From assembly GCA_052327205.1 (NCBI GenBank), contig CM126203.1, forward strand, positions 224,440,001-224,504,000: a stretch of DNA of 64,000 bases, written 5' to 3'. A program made the position numbers and the translations under genes. The stretch's first letter is position 1. Each line of letters begins with the position of its first letter. Below the pieces are notes generated by a model. It searched no databases. It had not been told where the DNA came from and worked only from the letters and a program-made list of their open reading frames with translations. Below are positions 63,525 to 64,000 of this stretch, piece after piece. Source of the DNA: Somniosus microcephalus (Eukaryota).

Positions 63525-63883
63525 CATTCCTTTAAGGCACAAAAACCCCACAGGAAAAGTTTTCCAACCAGGGTTAACAAGAGATGTTAAAGATAGTATT
63601 AGATCAAAGGAAGAGGCTTATAATGTTGCCAAAAAGAGTAATAAGCCTGAGGATTGGAGAGATTTTAGAATTCAGCAAAGGAGGACCAAGAAATTGATAA
63701 AGAAAGGGAAAATAGAGTATATGATAATAAACTAGCGAAAGACATAAAAACAGACTATTAAAGCTTCTATAGGTATGTAAAAAATAAAAGACTAGCGCAA
63801 GTAAATGTGGGTCCCTTACAGGCTGAGACAGGAGAAATTATAATGGGGAATAAGGAAATGGCAGAGAAATTAAACAAATACTT
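63525..63883 (+). mobile_element. CR1 ORF2 fragment, followed by the start of a TIR element at 63884
   Basis: KPEDW...RTKKLIKKGKIEY and VGPLQ...GNKEMAEKLNKYF, then gggcaggattttc. Confidence 0.8.
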
Positions 63884-64000
63884 TGGGCAGGATTTTCATT
63901 GGGCCGTGGAGGTGGGATTGGAGGCGTGGGGGGGTTAAAATCCCGAAATCAGGGGTCCCGACACCATCCCGCCCCCAACCCGTCTCCATGCCAGTTTCAA

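Overview
Eukaryotic (vertebrate, most likely cartilaginous fish) genomic DNA. The only host gene is the 3' end of a GABA-A receptor alpha-2 subunit gene (gabra2) on the minus strand: a 203-bp TM2/TM3 exon (18004-18206) and the last, TM4-containing exon (5604-5915). The next upstream exon was not found, so the intron above 18206 is probably >45 kb. Almost everything else is transposable element, often nested several layers deep: many CR1 LINEs (two near full length), two Mag-like Gypsy LTR elements, autonomous-type and deleted PIF/Harbinger elements plus MITEs, L2, RTE, Penelope-like fragments, SINEs and a 1.5-kb solo-LTR-like insert. The most unusual observations are: (i) a CR1 whose 5' end is a ~17-copy array of 65-bp monomers, each with a TATA box and an Inr; (ii) a splice-donor/CRE-like module shared by the 5' UTRs of two different CR1 families; (iii) a Gypsy primer-binding region that folds into a mini-tRNA-like structure on the antisense strand; (iv) minimal hammerhead ribozymes with a compensatory change in Penelope pseudo-LTRs; and (v) a four-level nest of Harbinger > Gypsy > Harbinger > CR1/Penelope. 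Everything was read by eye with no alignments or searches, so boundaries without a stated TSD are approximate.
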